Assembly: GCF_006345805.1 (NCBI RefSeq)
Contig: NC_043016.1
Span: 2,170,001-2,234,000, forward strand
From: Octopus sinensis
Lineage: Eukaryota
DNA length: 64,000 nucleotides
Direction: 5' to 3'
Below are positions 13,301 to 26,504 of the stretch, piece by piece. Numbering within the stretch: position 1 is the stretch's first letter; each line of letters opens with the position of its first letter. A program made the position numbers and the translations under genes. Under the pieces are notes generated by a model. The model saw nothing but the letters and a program-made list of their open reading frames with translations. It was not told the origin of the DNA and searched no databases.

Positions 13301-13917
13301 ATGCGATGTGTCGCTTCTAATTGCCTCTTCTAGCTTCTTACTAGCTCACCCTCTACTCTATTTCTATCTATGCTAGTGCTTTGCTGTACCTAATCGCTTC
13401 TGCTTTTACTGCTCTCTTGAGGGAAACCACCATTTATTGTTGATGATGGCTCCCGTCAAAGCCCTCTTTACTAGTGTGCTAATCCGGTCTCTGAAAACCT
13501 GTCTCGATTGGAAAGACGCGTTTAGTTTCCAGTATCCGGGACCCTGCCTAAGTGTCTTGCCTAAGTCTAGCGTACATGTCACAAGTTTGTGATCCGTGTA
13601 GCTGACTATGTGGAATTGTGGACATCCTATGCTATCTCTGTCTACTGTCCTACATAGTATCCTATCTAGATACGATCTCGATGACCCGACACGTTGGCGC
13701 ATTCGGGTGGTCTAGTCGGAACCTGTCAGACAGTTGAAAGCGTCTGATCAGGTCTCTGAGGCATTTGCATCCCCGTCTATTCCTATCTCTACCTACGAAG
13801 CCTACATGTGTGTCCAAGGTAGCATTCTAATCCCCCACTAAGAGTAAAGGACGAGACGTTCTCAAGAATACTTCTAGACGTTGAAAGAAATCCGCCCGAC
13901 CTGTTAAGGGCGATGCG

Positions 13918-13918
<1 letters not shown>
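10396..13918 (-). mobile_element. Tx1/L1-clade LINE (APE-RT), 5'-truncated within the endonuclease
   Basis: APE C-terminal motifs SYLDRI, SYTDH, GPGYWKLNAS; RT motifs DQSKAFDRVDH, RQGSPLS, YADD; zf-RVT CPRCGQSDETVLHALVQC; frameshifted; (GATA)n on both flanks. Confidence 0.9.
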
Positions 13919-13987
<69 letters not shown>

Positions 13988-13988
<1 letters not shown>

Positions 13989-14868
13989 GTTTCTTTATTG
14001 GCCACCCAGGGCTGCACACAGATGGGACAAGTTACAAGGTAGAGCTTTTCTTTTGGGGGATGAAAAAAAGGGGTGGGCGTAGGTTTCGATCAAGAGGGAT
14101 CGTAAAAGGGAAGAAAAGAACAAAAAAAAATAAAAAATGGAAAAAAAAAATAGAATAAAAAATAAAAAGAATAAAAGAAAAAAAGAAAGGGAAAAGGAAC
14201 AAAAGAAAAGAGAAATGAAAAAAAAGAAGAAAAAGGGGAAAAAAAGGGGAAGAGGAAAAAAAAAAGAACGATCAATAGAAATCGTGTATCACAGTGTTAT
14301 GATATATGGTGTAAAGGGGAAAGCAAGTAAGGTTTATCCGTGGGAAGAAAAGCCTACGAAAAAGACCACGGTAACTTGGTCAATATGTTATATGTACCAC
14401 ATTTGTTGCAAGTGGGTAACCCTCTGTTTTCAATTTCTGGGTTCATAGGATTATGCTCAAGGTGATTTCGTCATTCATACGTTCCATCGTTGCTACATTC
14501 ACCCATCTTTTTTTAAAAACATTCGCTAGACAAAACTTGCCTCTCTACTCTCACTTTCCTTTTCAAGTGGTACTTGAAGAAGTTGATGAGAGATTGACCA
14601 GAGAGGAAAAGTGTGTCTCCAATCCTTTCAGACGCGTCCACCAGATACATTCTTTCGCCATAGCCACAAGGATGATGAAAATAGCTCTTCCTTCCCGTTT
14701 GAGAAGGAGGCGTGACAATATTGACGATAGACTCAGCTGATAAACGACTCATCCCACACGTGACAGCAGTTGTTCGACATAAGCTCACAGGTCGGAAATT
14801 GTTGGACACTGCACGAGTGCGTGCAGAACGGTTTCGTCGCTCTGACCGCATCTCGGGCATTTCGGCTC
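13988..14868 (-). mobile_element. Second, shorter copy of the same Tx1-like LINE
   Basis: Closely matches 10396-11240; same 3' junction; (GATA)n at 13919-13987 and 14869-15116. Confidence 0.9.
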
Positions 14869-15116
<248 letters not shown>

Positions 15117-15214
15117 AGTTTTTAGTGCTTCAATGTATTATAAAAGAATAATATTTGTGATAAGACTGTTAGCCAGTTGTAACTCATTTTATCTGATCCT
15201 TCTTTCCCTAGAGA

Positions 15215-15580
15215 TTTTATTACCTCCGCCAAGGAAGGAGGTTACGTTTTCATCGGCGTTGGTTTGTCCGTCTGTCCGTCTGTGTGCAAAATAACTCAAA
15301 AAGTTGGGAACGGTATTTGATGAACTTGCAGGAAAAGTTGGTAATAACACAAGGAACAGATGATGAAACCTTGGTAATGATCTGGGAATTTTTATGGATT
15401 CTTGAAGGATTTTTCATTTGTCATATTTACTTTACATAAAGTATTACAATGTTACGTTCTTTGATTATCTCCCTTGAAAACACGTTCATCGCTTCCATGT
15501 TTCAAAAGTTTATTTTCGTTTCTCTATTAGTAATTTTACTCGCGTATCTATCTATGAGCTGCTTGGCGGAGGTCTGTGGA
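15215..15580 (+). mobile_element. Non-autonomous Helentron-associated (DINE-1/HINE-like) or Crypton-like element
   Basis: Subterminal inverted repeats acctccgccaag (15222) and cttggcggaggt (15562), 5' hairpin with ggaggt, internal gtccgtctgtcc microsatellite. Confidence 0.55.
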
Positions 15581-16005
15581 GGATAATATGACAAGCCTTG
15601 ACTATTGGGATCGACTCAAAAAGCTCGGGCTTTGCTCCCTCCACTGTCGCTGTGAGCTCTATATCATCTGTATGATGTGGAAAATATTCCATCAACGTTG
15701 TCCATCTTTAAAATTCGTCCATGGCTTAGCCCTCGTGCCATCTGTCCACTACAGAAATGTTCATGTTGTATTACTTCAATTGGACCTGCTCTCTTCAACA
15801 TTGTGCCAGATACACATAAAGGAGGAAAGTGACTTCGCGGCATTCAAACGATCCCTAGATGATTACCCCCAACAAATACCAGATAAACCACCCACACCCA
15901 GATATGTCTCTGAAAACAATAACCCTCTGCTTAAATGGGCTACGGTTCCCCAGAGCTGACTGTGTATCTCGGCCGAAACTTATCGAAGTAATCTAATCTA
16001 TGCTG
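15576..16005 (+). mobile_element. CR1/L2-group LINE 3' fragment
   Basis: LDYWDRLKKLGLCSL...YIICMMWKI resembles the CR1 RT C-terminus; ends in a taatctaatcta tail. Confidence 0.65.
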
Positions 16006-17057
16006 TAACCTTTTAATCAAAGCATGACAACGTGGGTAGAGGCTGATATCTTAACTTTTTTATGGTCTTAAGTATAAAAAAAATTATTAAAGATTCATAT
16101 ACATTCAGAATATGTCTACATTCAGAGTATGTCTATAAGCTATTGTGTTTAGACCTGGTTTCTATCCTCAAACTGTTCCATTTTGTAGATGCAATTTTTT
16201 TTTAATAAAGCAGTCCGAAATTAGAAAAATCAAAAATCTGCAACAATCTCGGTCCCATGAGTACCGGATAATGGATTTTCAACTGTGTAAAGAAACTGAT
16301 TGTGGAAATCGTAGTTTTGACGGTGATTGTGGTGAAAGTAGAGACAGTGTTGATGATGACGATGGTCGAGATAAGTATGGGAGGTGGATAAAATAGTATC
16401 GGTGGTTATAATGGCAACAGGAGCGGTGTGATGTGTGATGCTGAGGTGATGGTGGTAATAGTGGTGTTGATGATAGTGTTAATTGTGTGATGGTGGTATC
16501 GCAGTGGTTATACTGGTTCTGGTGGTGAAAGTGACTGTCAAGGTAACTGTCATGATAACATTGATGGCTGTGTATGTGGTTGAAGTGGAAGCAATGACAA
16601 TACTGCTGATGTTGGTGGTGGTTGTGGTGGTAGCGATAGTGATGGAATAGTTGTGGTAGTGATTGTGATGTTGTGGTAGTGGTGGTGGTGGTGGTTTCTC
16701 CGAGTGCTTTCTTGTTTTAAATTTAAGAAGACGAGTGTTTATAATTCTCAAGTGTACTTAACTTCAATTAATTTAATTTATAATGATGGCGAAAATCTGT
16801 AGGTTTACTCTAAATAACTTCATAGTATCAAAAGGTAGCACTTTTAACGCGTTCTTAATTTAGTAATTATCTCAACTACAAAGAATGCAACGATGTCTAT
16901 CCGATTTAATAAAGCCTCTAATAACACTGGTGCTAAGTAAGTACACATATATCAATAACGTGTATTCAGCTGAATAAAATTACTGCTATTGTTTGTCAAC
17001 AACTATCGGCGGTGTATTTTTCGTTTTATTTATGACATCGTTCGCGCGTTTGTACTG

Positions 17058-17199
17058 GTTTTAAGGTTTTAGGGTCTTAGGGTTAGGATTTTAGGGTTAG
17101 GATTAGGGTTTTTGGTTTAGGGTTTTTGGTTTAGGGTTTTAGGGTTAGGGTTTTAGGGTTAGGGTTAGGGTTTTAGGATTAGGCTGTTAGGGTTAGGGT
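17058..17199 (+). repeat. Interstitial degenerate telomeric (TTAGGG)n tract
   Basis: TTAGGG, TTTTAGGG and TTAGGA variants; lies between inverted arms 16951-17037 and 17200-17297. Confidence 0.85.
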
Positions 17200-17659
17200 T
17201 GTCATAAATAACAGTGACAAATGAAATATATACCGCCGGAAGTTCTTGTTGACAAACAACAGCAGTAATTTTATTCAGCTGAATACACATCATTGATTGG
17301 TTAAAATTACCGAAATGCGAGAACATTAGGGTGAAATATCTTTGTAAATATAAGTTTTTCTCAAAAATGTTAAAAGTAAAAGATGTTTTATATGACACAT
17401 TCTATCAGTGTCCGAAGTTTGAAAGTGTTTAGTTACAAAAAATTATATTTTAAATCTGTCGGTCAAAAGGTAATGATCCGCAAGTTCTTTTTTTGAATCC
17501 ATTGCAATGTCCGAAACCCTTTCGTATCAGCAGCAGATACCTCTGGGTCATAAGCATTTTGTCCCTTAGCCTGTACGCTTCGCCTGATTGGAGCAGCAAG
17601 GACTGATCCTGTGTTCAACTATGGAAGGTTTCCATTTTTCTGTTCACAGATGTACTCAA

Positions 17660-17686
17660 AATCACCTCCTTTCTCTCTCTCTCTCA

Positions 17687-17720
<34 letters not shown>

Positions 17721-18079
17721 CCTCTCTCGCCACCTCTCTCTTTCTCTCTCTCGCCTCCCCTCTTTCTTTCTCTCTCTCATTTCTATTCTTTCTCATGGTT
17801 TACTCAGTTAACCTCTCAATCTGTTTCCTTTCTCACGTTTTCTTGTCAATGTTCTTCCCCTTCTCCTCCTTCTCCCTCTTTATATATTTCATAGTATTAA
17901 TTATACCTCTATCACGCCTCTCCTTCCCAGCAATTATCTTTTCCTTTCTTGCCAACTTTCATGTTTGAATCTCGTCATTTCTCTCTGTTACACTTTCTCC
18001 GTCTCTCTCTCTCTCTCACACACACACACACCACACACAGTACTCTCTCATTCTCCCCTTCTCTCTCTTTCTCTCTCTA

Positions 18080-18126
<47 letters not shown>

Positions 18127-18418
18127 CCTCTCTCGCCACCTCTCTCCACCTCTCTTCTCTCTCTCGCCTCCCCCTCTCTTTCTTTCTCTCTCTCATTTCT
18201 ATTCTTTCTCATGGTTTACTCAGTTAACCTCTCAATCTGTTTCTCTTTCTCACGTTTTCTTGTCAATGTTCTTCCCCTTCTCCTCCTTCTCCCTCTTTAT
18301 ATATTTCATAGTCTCATTATACCTCTATCACGCCTCTCCTTCCCAGCAATTATCTTTTCCTTTCTTGCCAACTTTCATGTTTGAATTCTCGTCATTTCTC
18401 TCTGTTACACTTTCTCCG

Positions 18419-18456
<38 letters not shown>

Positions 18457-18485
18457 GTCTCTCTCATCTCTCTCTCTCTCCTCTC

Positions 18486-18524
<39 letters not shown>

Positions 18525-18570
18525 CTCTCTCTCCCTCTCTCTCTCCTCATCTCTCTCTCTCTCTCCAGCG
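17660..18570. repeat. (CT)n-rich region with a ~420-bp tandem duplication
   Basis: The block starting catttctattctttctcatgg occurs at about 17778 and 18195. Confidence 0.8.
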
Positions 18571-19407
18571 ATCTTCTCAGACTCACTTTCTGTTTTACTT
18601 CCTTTTAATTTTCCACTAGATTTATTTTTATCTTAATTTCTCTATCAATCGCCACACTTCTCTATTGCTGTCTATCTTATCTATCTGTGTTTTTGGCCGT
18701 TTAACTGTTTGTTTGGTCTGTATGCATGTATGTATGTATGTATGTATGTATGTATGTATGTATGTATGTATGTATGTATGTATGTTTGTATGTATGTATG
18801 TATGTGTGTATGTATTTGCATACATACACACACGTAACTGTGTGGTAAGAAGCTTAATAATTCCATCTCATTATGTCCGTGTCCAACCCGCAGCTTCCTT
18901 TCTTTGTAAGGCCCTTTTGGCCGATTAAATGAATAAAAAAAAGCTTGCTTCCCAACCACGTGATTCCGGGTGCACATACATACGTATATACACACGTAGG
19001 TATGTTTGTAGGAGTCATCGGGGATTTCAAATCACTATCACTCATGCGACCCAACAAGGGTTGATAAAACCCCAATTTAAATCCCAGAAGCAATTGCATA
19101 TGCGCAGACCCACATAAATGAACTGATCCGTGAGTAGATGCTTCTGGGATGATCCCAAGCAATGAATAGTGCTTCCATCATTATCTACTTTTGTAGGTTA
19201 TTCCGTATAGGATAGATTTTATTGTTTATTAATGTTTATTGCAATTGTTCTTTACTGTAAGTGCATAGTGAACCGGCAGAAGAGCATGGTGCATATATGG
19301 CCAGTATAGCAGTTGGTTTCGTGAAGTTTACAATCCTTACTTTGGCAATGGAATACCAAAACCGCATTTGTCTATAACAGATTGTATGTATACACACACA
19401 CACACAA

Positions 19408-19442
<35 letters not shown>

Positions 19443-19659
19443 GAGAGAGAGAGAGAGAGAGAGAGAATCAATCAAACATGAACAAGCAAGAAAAAAAAAC
19501 GACGAGAGGATGTCGCCTAGTTCGATTTCGCCTTTTATCCTTTTGGGGTCGATGAAATAAGTTCCAGCGGGCATCGGAGTCGAAGTAATCGAATATCCTC
19601 TTCTCTAAAAGAGAATTTCAAGTTTGTCCTTTAGTAGAAAGGATACTTAAAGATTTGTG

Positions 19660-20250
19660 ATTAGTAAATGATAAGTATATTTTTGATATTTTGATATTTT
19701 TTCTTAATTTAAGCATTTTGCAAAGAGTAAAGTATTTTCTGGTCTGTTTTATGGATCGTTTCATACATTTTATGCGTGGTTTATATATTCTTTTTAAATA
19801 TATTTTCTGATGTATTCGTTGTGTTTTTGTGCTAGAACTTTTCCAGATTTGTTTTTTTTACTATGACAGAATACACATTGTTGATTGATGTTTGTTTTAG
19901 TCTGGGGATTTCTTCATCAAGTGCTTTGTTTGTGGAGAAGAATCTAATGCTGGCGTTTTGTATTTGTGAGGTCATTCGTTATCTCCATGTAAGAGATATT
20001 ATATGATAAAATTTTTCTTTGGACTGTTATGAATACTGAATTTTATTTTGGACTTGATTTCTACGTTTTCTGTTGCTTTCTCGGTGGTGTCCGATTTGCC
20101 CATTACAATAAATCGTGTGTTTAAATAGACGTGATACACATCTATGTGGACGATATACTCACTGTAATGATTACCCTGGAAAACATCGTGAAATTAAAAG
20201 AGATGGAAAATAGCTCAATACCAGAATAGTACAAATGAAAGTCCTGAATT
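19660..20250. pseudogene. Possible highly decayed Penelope-like RT remnants
   Basis: Plus strand IYVDDIL at about 20118-20140; minus strand ALDEEIPRLKQ-like linker; many stops. Confidence 0.3.
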
Positions 20251-20270
20251 CATCTCTAGATATATGTATT

Positions 20271-20316
<46 letters not shown>

Positions 20317-20719
20317 AAGAGATACATCACGTATGTTTATGCTTTCTGTATGTTTACGCACACACATGCACTCACATACATATACGCATACACATATGTA
20401 CTCAAACACACAAAAAACACAGAAACACGTTCACACACATGTATATAAAGTACATACTTACAAACACACATATGCATTCATGAAGACATAAGTGTATACA
20501 TTCGCACAGCATACGTGTGCACGTATGTACACACACACACATATGTATACGTACGTACATATCTACAGCATACATACAGCGTACATACATTGAAAGAACA
20601 TACATAGACTAAACATACATTCATGCACACATGCATACATACTTATACTGTGAGTGTGAGAAAGAGAGAGAGAGAAGCATATTTAACAGTTTTTAACAGT
20701 CTCCAAATGAGGCACACTT

Positions 20720-20895
20720 TGGAAGAGGTTAACGGGTACCATCGAACCAAGTACTTGACTGGTACTTTAGTTTATCGATCCAGAGGTGTGAAAAGCAAAG
20801 CTGATTTTAGCGTCATTTGAACTCAGAACGTAAAGAACTGGAGCAAATACTGCATCCACTGTTTCCGACAATCTAACGATTCTGATAATTCTGAC
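20720..20895 (-). mobile_element. SINE family 2 (degenerate)
   Basis: Matches the reverse complement of the family 2 core (ggtactt...tttatcga.cc...tttgaactcagaacgtaa). Confidence 0.65.
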
Positions 20896-20971
20896 CATGA
20901 GACATTTCTTTTGCTGCTTGAAAATCGGTAGATGTACTCATACAAATAAACACATTTATATATGCATAAAC

Positions 20972-21008
<37 letters not shown>

Positions 21009-21032
21009 CATATGCATGTATGCATGTATGTA

Positions 21033-21600
21033 ATTATTCAGTTTTATTTCAAAATTTCATGATAATAGAGAAAGATCCGGTTTCTAATCTCGATTCAAGG
21101 TTCCTACATTCGAATTTCAACATCAAAAACGGTATTTTTGATTGTATGTATGTGCAGATTTGTATGTTTTGTTTCATGTATGTCTTCTCATGCGTATAGT
21201 TGCATATCTAGACATGCTCATATATATTTAAATAATAAACTTATGTATGTGTGTATATATGTATGTATATATGTATGTATGTCATTATTCAGTTTTACTT
21301 CAAGATTTCTTGCCAATAGTGAAAGAACCGGTTTCTAACCTAGATCCAAGACTCCTTCATTGAAATTTCAACATCAACAGAGTATTTTTGTATGTCTGTC
21401 TGTATGTATGTATGTATACAGGTATGCATATATGTATATATGTATGTAGGCATGCATGTATGTATTTATGTATGCATGCATGTATCCATGTATGTCATTA
21501 TTCAGTTTTGTTTCAAGATTTCATGCCAATAGAGAAACAACCGGTTTCTAACCTAGATCCAAGGTTCCTTCATTGGAATTTCAACATCAACACCAGCGAT
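21033..21600 (-). mobile_element. Three stacked 3'-end fragments of Dong family C separated by (TATG)n
   Basis: Each begins (plus strand) at cattattcagtttt.tttcaag, matching 62523-62740. Confidence 0.85.
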
Positions 21601-22139
21601 ATCTATTTTGTGTTTCCTGTTTAGTGCGTGTATTCACGCAAGACATCAGATTTTTTCTGTTTTGGCTGCTACTTTCCAGTTTCTTCAATTTTGTTGTAAT
21701 TGATTTCAAAATTGGTGTATTAATGTAGTTTTGTATGCTAATTATTGACGGGAAATTTATTTACGCCGTAAATCAATAAATAAAAGTTAATAGCTTTTAA
21801 AGTTGGCAAATTTTAGGTAATTTTATCCAATCGAAAGCCACAGATATATTGGGGCTTTTTCCATAGTAACAAGCCAAGCGTTTGCATTCCCCTGTAAAAC
21901 CACGTTTGTTGACGAAATACAAAATCTGCTGTTTACTTTTTTCTTTTTCGAACTGAGCTACAGTTTGCTTTTTCTACTCTTAAAACTACAAAATTTGTGT
22001 TGTTTACTCATTTCTCCCTGTTACTTTGGAAAAGTTGGTTGGAAGTAAAAGGCAATCAATGTAGAAGAAAATGCTAATGGCGTGGATTTGTTTAAAGTAG
22101 ATTTGAACTTGCCAGGAAGTGACCCACACACCTCGCTTC

Positions 22140-22465
22140 ATGACTTTCCTCTGCGGCACATATTAAATGAGACATGCAAGATCCAGTTATGAAACTGCAA
22201 CGGTCTGCCGCTGACCCGTGGTGCCTTCTGTAGTATATCCCTCACATGTATCTCACTTCATCCGTTCATTCAAGTGTTGATATCTGCAGTAGTTAACATC
22301 CATTTGTTCCACCGTTGGGGTATTTGGTGGTTGGTCGCGCTTAGTCTGGGTCCTCATCCTCGGCCCTGTCACCAAGAGTGACTCAACCAGGTGTTTAGAA
22401 CTCCTGGCGGCATCGCTCTTAGAGTCACTGGTCCACGCAAGCCCCTCCAACACAACAAGGTGCAA
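22140..22465 (-). mobile_element. RTE-clade LINE 5' UTR-like fragment
   Basis: Starts tgcaccttgttgtgttggaggggcttgcgtg...cccagactaagcg, resembling Rex3/Expander-type 5' ends (recognised from memory); nested stems gtgactc/gagtcac and ccagg/cctgg. Confidence 0.5.
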
Positions 22466-23010
22466 CCATTGGAGGTCATCTTCGAAGATACAAAGACCAA
22501 CTCAAAGCAACACTAAAGGCCACTGGACTTTAGCCTAAACACAAGCTTAAGACTGTACCAAGTGGCGGTGTTCCATCACCATCGAACCCAAAAGCTTGAA
22601 AGCCACCACAAGAGAAAAGGGAGAAATCAAACAACAGGAAAGAAAGGCTCCACAAAATTCACCTCGTCAACATTACCTATTTCTTTACTACCCACAAGGG
22701 GCTAAACACAGAGGGGACAAACAAGGACAGAAAAACGGATTAAGTCGATTATATCAACCCCAGTGTGTAACTGGTACTTAATTTATCGACCCCGAAAGGA
22801 TGAAAGGCAAAGTCGACCTCGGCGGAATTTGAACTCACAACGTAGCGGCAGACGAAATACCGCAAAGCATTTTGCCCGGCGTGCTAACTGTTCTACCAGC
22901 TCTCCGCCAACATTACCATGCAGTCAGTGCCATCGACTCTTCTATGCAAGAATTGGTCTACAGAGTCATCAACAGCATCACCATAAAGGAAGTATTCAAC
23001 AAAGAAGAAA
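22466..23010 (+). mobile_element. RTE (BovB-like) ORF C-terminal fragment interrupted by a SINE
   Basis: GGHLRRYKDQLKATLK and terminal C2H2 CSQCHRLFYARIGLQSH. Confidence 0.6.
22640..22908 (-). mobile_element. SINE family 2
   Basis: Reverse complement of 57454-57687. Confidence 0.8.
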
Positions 23011-23528
23011 CTAAATCCTTGAATATGAGATAAAACCAACTACGAAGACTCATGTTCCGGTCATTTTCGATTTCTAAACGCTTAAAACACGTACTGCTGT
23101 CATTATTGTTTTGTCGCCTTACGGTTGCAGTCACGCACAAAATGACAGCTTCCAAATCCTGCTTTCTGACTGGGTAAAATTTATCAAACTTTAAACCTCT
23201 GTAACGTTTTTAAAAAATATTTCTGGAACAAGTGAATTAGCCCCTGAGATTCAGCGTGGAAAACTACATCAATACACCAAATCTGAAAATTTTGACTTAA
23301 TTTTAAAATATATAAAAGTGCAGCAAAGCTCTACTTCACTTATTGTGTAACATTGCTTGTACATGCAAAAGTATGCGCGCGCGTATATATACACGTTTGC
23401 CTGTGTATTTATACTAACTCTATCTCTCTCCTTCGTTATCTCACTTTCTCTATTATCTATCTATCTCTCTGTCAAACACACACACACACGTGTGTACGTA
23501 TATATATATATATATATATATATACATA

Positions 23529-25109
23529 CAGTTGCGGCCAAAATGTTCAGAAGGGCATTGTTTTCGCCAGAGAAGTAGGTAAAAGTTTTTAGCAAAGTTG
23601 TTTTATGTTCTAGAATTTTCACACACAATAAATACAATATTAACTGTTATTGTCTGGGATTTTGGTGTAATTTGAGTGGATAATACAAAAGTTATGGATG
23701 ATTTAGTTTATTTACTGCATAAATGATCAGAACGGTTGAAAAAATAACAAAATAATCAAAAATGACAGAGAATACTGGAATTATTTAATATTTAGTGTGA
23801 AGCCCTTTAGCTTCAATCACACTTTGACATCTTCGACTGCATGAGGAAATTAAATTTTCAATTTCTTGCTAGATGATCTTATTCCATTCTTCCTGAAGGG
23901 CATTCCATAATTGCTCGGTTGTTTTAGGATTTCTGGCTTTCGAACGTTCTCCTAGAATATTCCACACATTTTCAATAGGATTGAGATCTGGGCTTTGAAC
24001 AGGCCAATCCATAATAATAACCTTTTCAGCATCGAGGAAGTTCATGACCACCTTAGCCTTGTGACATGGGGCATTGTCCTGCATGAATATGGGTGGTCGC
24101 TTAGTTGAATTTCTCAGCACAGGCAAGACATGATCTTTTACAAGTTGTTTATAAACTCCTGCATTTACCTTTCCTTGTAATCGCACCAAAGAGCCCACAC
24201 CATCTCCAGATATCATCCCCCAAACCATGACACTTCCTCTACCGAATTTAACACTAGTCTTAAGGCGTTTAGGCGACAATTTTTCACCTACTTTTCAACG
24301 AACCAAATAACATAAACCTAGATTCATCACTGCCATTTTTCTTGAGACCACAACACCTGTTCGGTTGCAAAGGTAAGACGACACTTTTTATTTTTGGAGC
24401 TGATCAGTGGCTTCACTGCAGGTGATCTTGCTTGTAGGTTATGTTCAACTAAACGATGAGACACAGTTTTTCGAGGTAAAGTTTTCTTCAGTACAATGCT
24501 CATTTCCCGAAAAACAGCAGCAGCAGTTTTAAATCTGTCCTTTTTAACCAACTTTACCATAGCACGATCTTCTCTCTTGGTCGTTTTTCTTGGCCTACCT
24601 GTAGAATTCCTTGCTTCACATGAACCACAATCATCGAAGACCTTAAGAATACCGAGAACAATACTTTTTGACTTGTTAACAATCTTTGCAATAGACCCAA
24701 TACTTAAATTATCCTTCTTTCGAAGCTTAATAATCTGCTGACGAAATGGTAACGGAGTAAGTGGCATTATATTAACAAAGTATGCTGCAGATATTTTTAC
24801 TAATGTTTAGTAAACGAACCGTCACGTAAACAAATTCAAAACATTAGAGTTCGCCAGTTAAATATACTAAAACACAGAGTAAAAGCAACCGTTCTGATCA
24901 TTTTGGCCGCCATGGGTTTTGCAGTAAATCACTAAATCATCCATAACTTTTGTATTATCCTCTCAAATTACATCAAAATCTTGGACAATAACAGTTAATA
25001 TCGTATTTATTGTGTGTGAAAATTATAGAACATAAAACAACTTTGCTAAAAACTTATACCTACTTTTCGGGCGAAAACAATGCCGTTCTGAACATTTTGG
25101 CCGCAACTG
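23529..25109 (-). mobile_element. Tc1/mariner DNA transposon (DD34E) with long IR/DR terminal repeats
   Basis: TIRs 23529-23738 and 24886-25109 beginning cagttgcggccaaaatg; TA on both sides; SDESRF, FMQDNAPCH and SPDLNPIE with D34E spacing. Confidence 0.95.
23790..24767 (-). pseudogene. Tc1 transposase, frameshifted
   Basis: ORFs 24327-24767 (HTH, GRPRKTT) and 23869-24279 (DDE) are in different frames. Confidence 0.9.
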
Positions 25110-26504
25110 TATATATATGCATGTATACATGTATGTACATGCATATGTGAGAGTGTGTATTTCCGTGCATACATATGCATGTATATGTATAAGTATATAC
25201 ATTAATCTATCTATACAACTCTTTATATTTGTAACGGAAATTTTCAGATATGAATGATGTACATCAGTACGTGTATCACCCTGTACCTCTTTAATTGTAC
25301 ACCCACCTATCTACATACCTGCCTGTCTGCCTACCTGCCTGCCAGACATACATCCCGCCTGCTTTATCTATCAATCGTCTCCATCCTATCCATTCACTCT
25401 CACTGTTCCTCACAAACCTTATCTACTCTGCATCCCTTACTCCCGCATCCTCCTGCCATATCCTCGCCGACACCGCCCCATCCATTCACCTCGTTTCTGT
25501 CGAAAGTAATTTATTGACCCAAGAATGACTTACAACCACCATCCCCACGGACAGGTGTACTTGACTATTTTTTGAAGGTTCAAACTAACTTCATTTCAAC
25601 TAAATATTATTTGAAGGTTGACGACGGTCGCCAGAGGGGTTGGAAGGCGGCCAGCTACAGGTGCTGGGATTAGTGGTGATCGTGGTGGTGGTGGTGGTGG
25701 TCGTCGTCGTCGTCGTCGTGCTCGTGGTCGTCGTCGTCATTGTTATGGTCGTCGTCGTGTTTAACACAACCCAGTTTTCTTCTTTTTCTCGTTATGTATA
25801 AGGAACTAAGGACCTTGTTATCCAATATATCAATATGGGTCCTCTTTGGGCTTTTTTATTGCTTTTACTATTTTTATTTTTAAAAAAGACATGGTATTAG
25901 TTGAAGGAGATTTAACTTCTATTTCTAGAGTTTCGAATCACCACGTAAAGGTTTCCTCCTTTGCTCAAAGTAATAGTAGGCTGAAGTAATGGTATGCAGC
26001 TGGTGCCGGTGGTGGTGGTGGTGGCGGCGCTGGTGGTGGTGGTAGTTGTAGGTTGATGATGTACTACTGGCAGTGGCGGCAAACAATGGTGTTTATATTG
26101 GTACTGATGGATCAGGCAACTCGGAAAATCAGGGAATGTTAGTCTAAACAAAGCGCCGAGACTTCATGTTCAGTGGGCAGGCTGGGGAGGGGTTGGAGTA
26201 ATAAGATGGCAGGGAATCTTGGCAGGTCAGAAATGAATGGTGGGAGAATGGGGAGAAGTAAGAATGGGGAGTAGTAAGAATGGGGAGAAGTAGATGACGA
26301 AAAAGAAAGAAACAAACAAACAAAAAACATACAAAATCAAACATAAAAATTAATATGATGTAAGAAAATGAACTAAAAGAAAGTACGCCTGAGGTCAGAG
26401 TTATTGTGTGTCTAACGGACCACAGAAGCACAATCTTCTTTGCAAAGATTTCTGGGCATCTGAAAAATAAATAAAAGTTGCGTGGAAGGAAAAGGGGGAG
26501 AGAG

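Noticed and set aside
17058-17199. True telomere or chromosome fusion site
   Set aside because: The tract is short, degenerate and single-orientation, with no head-to-head CCCTAA junction.
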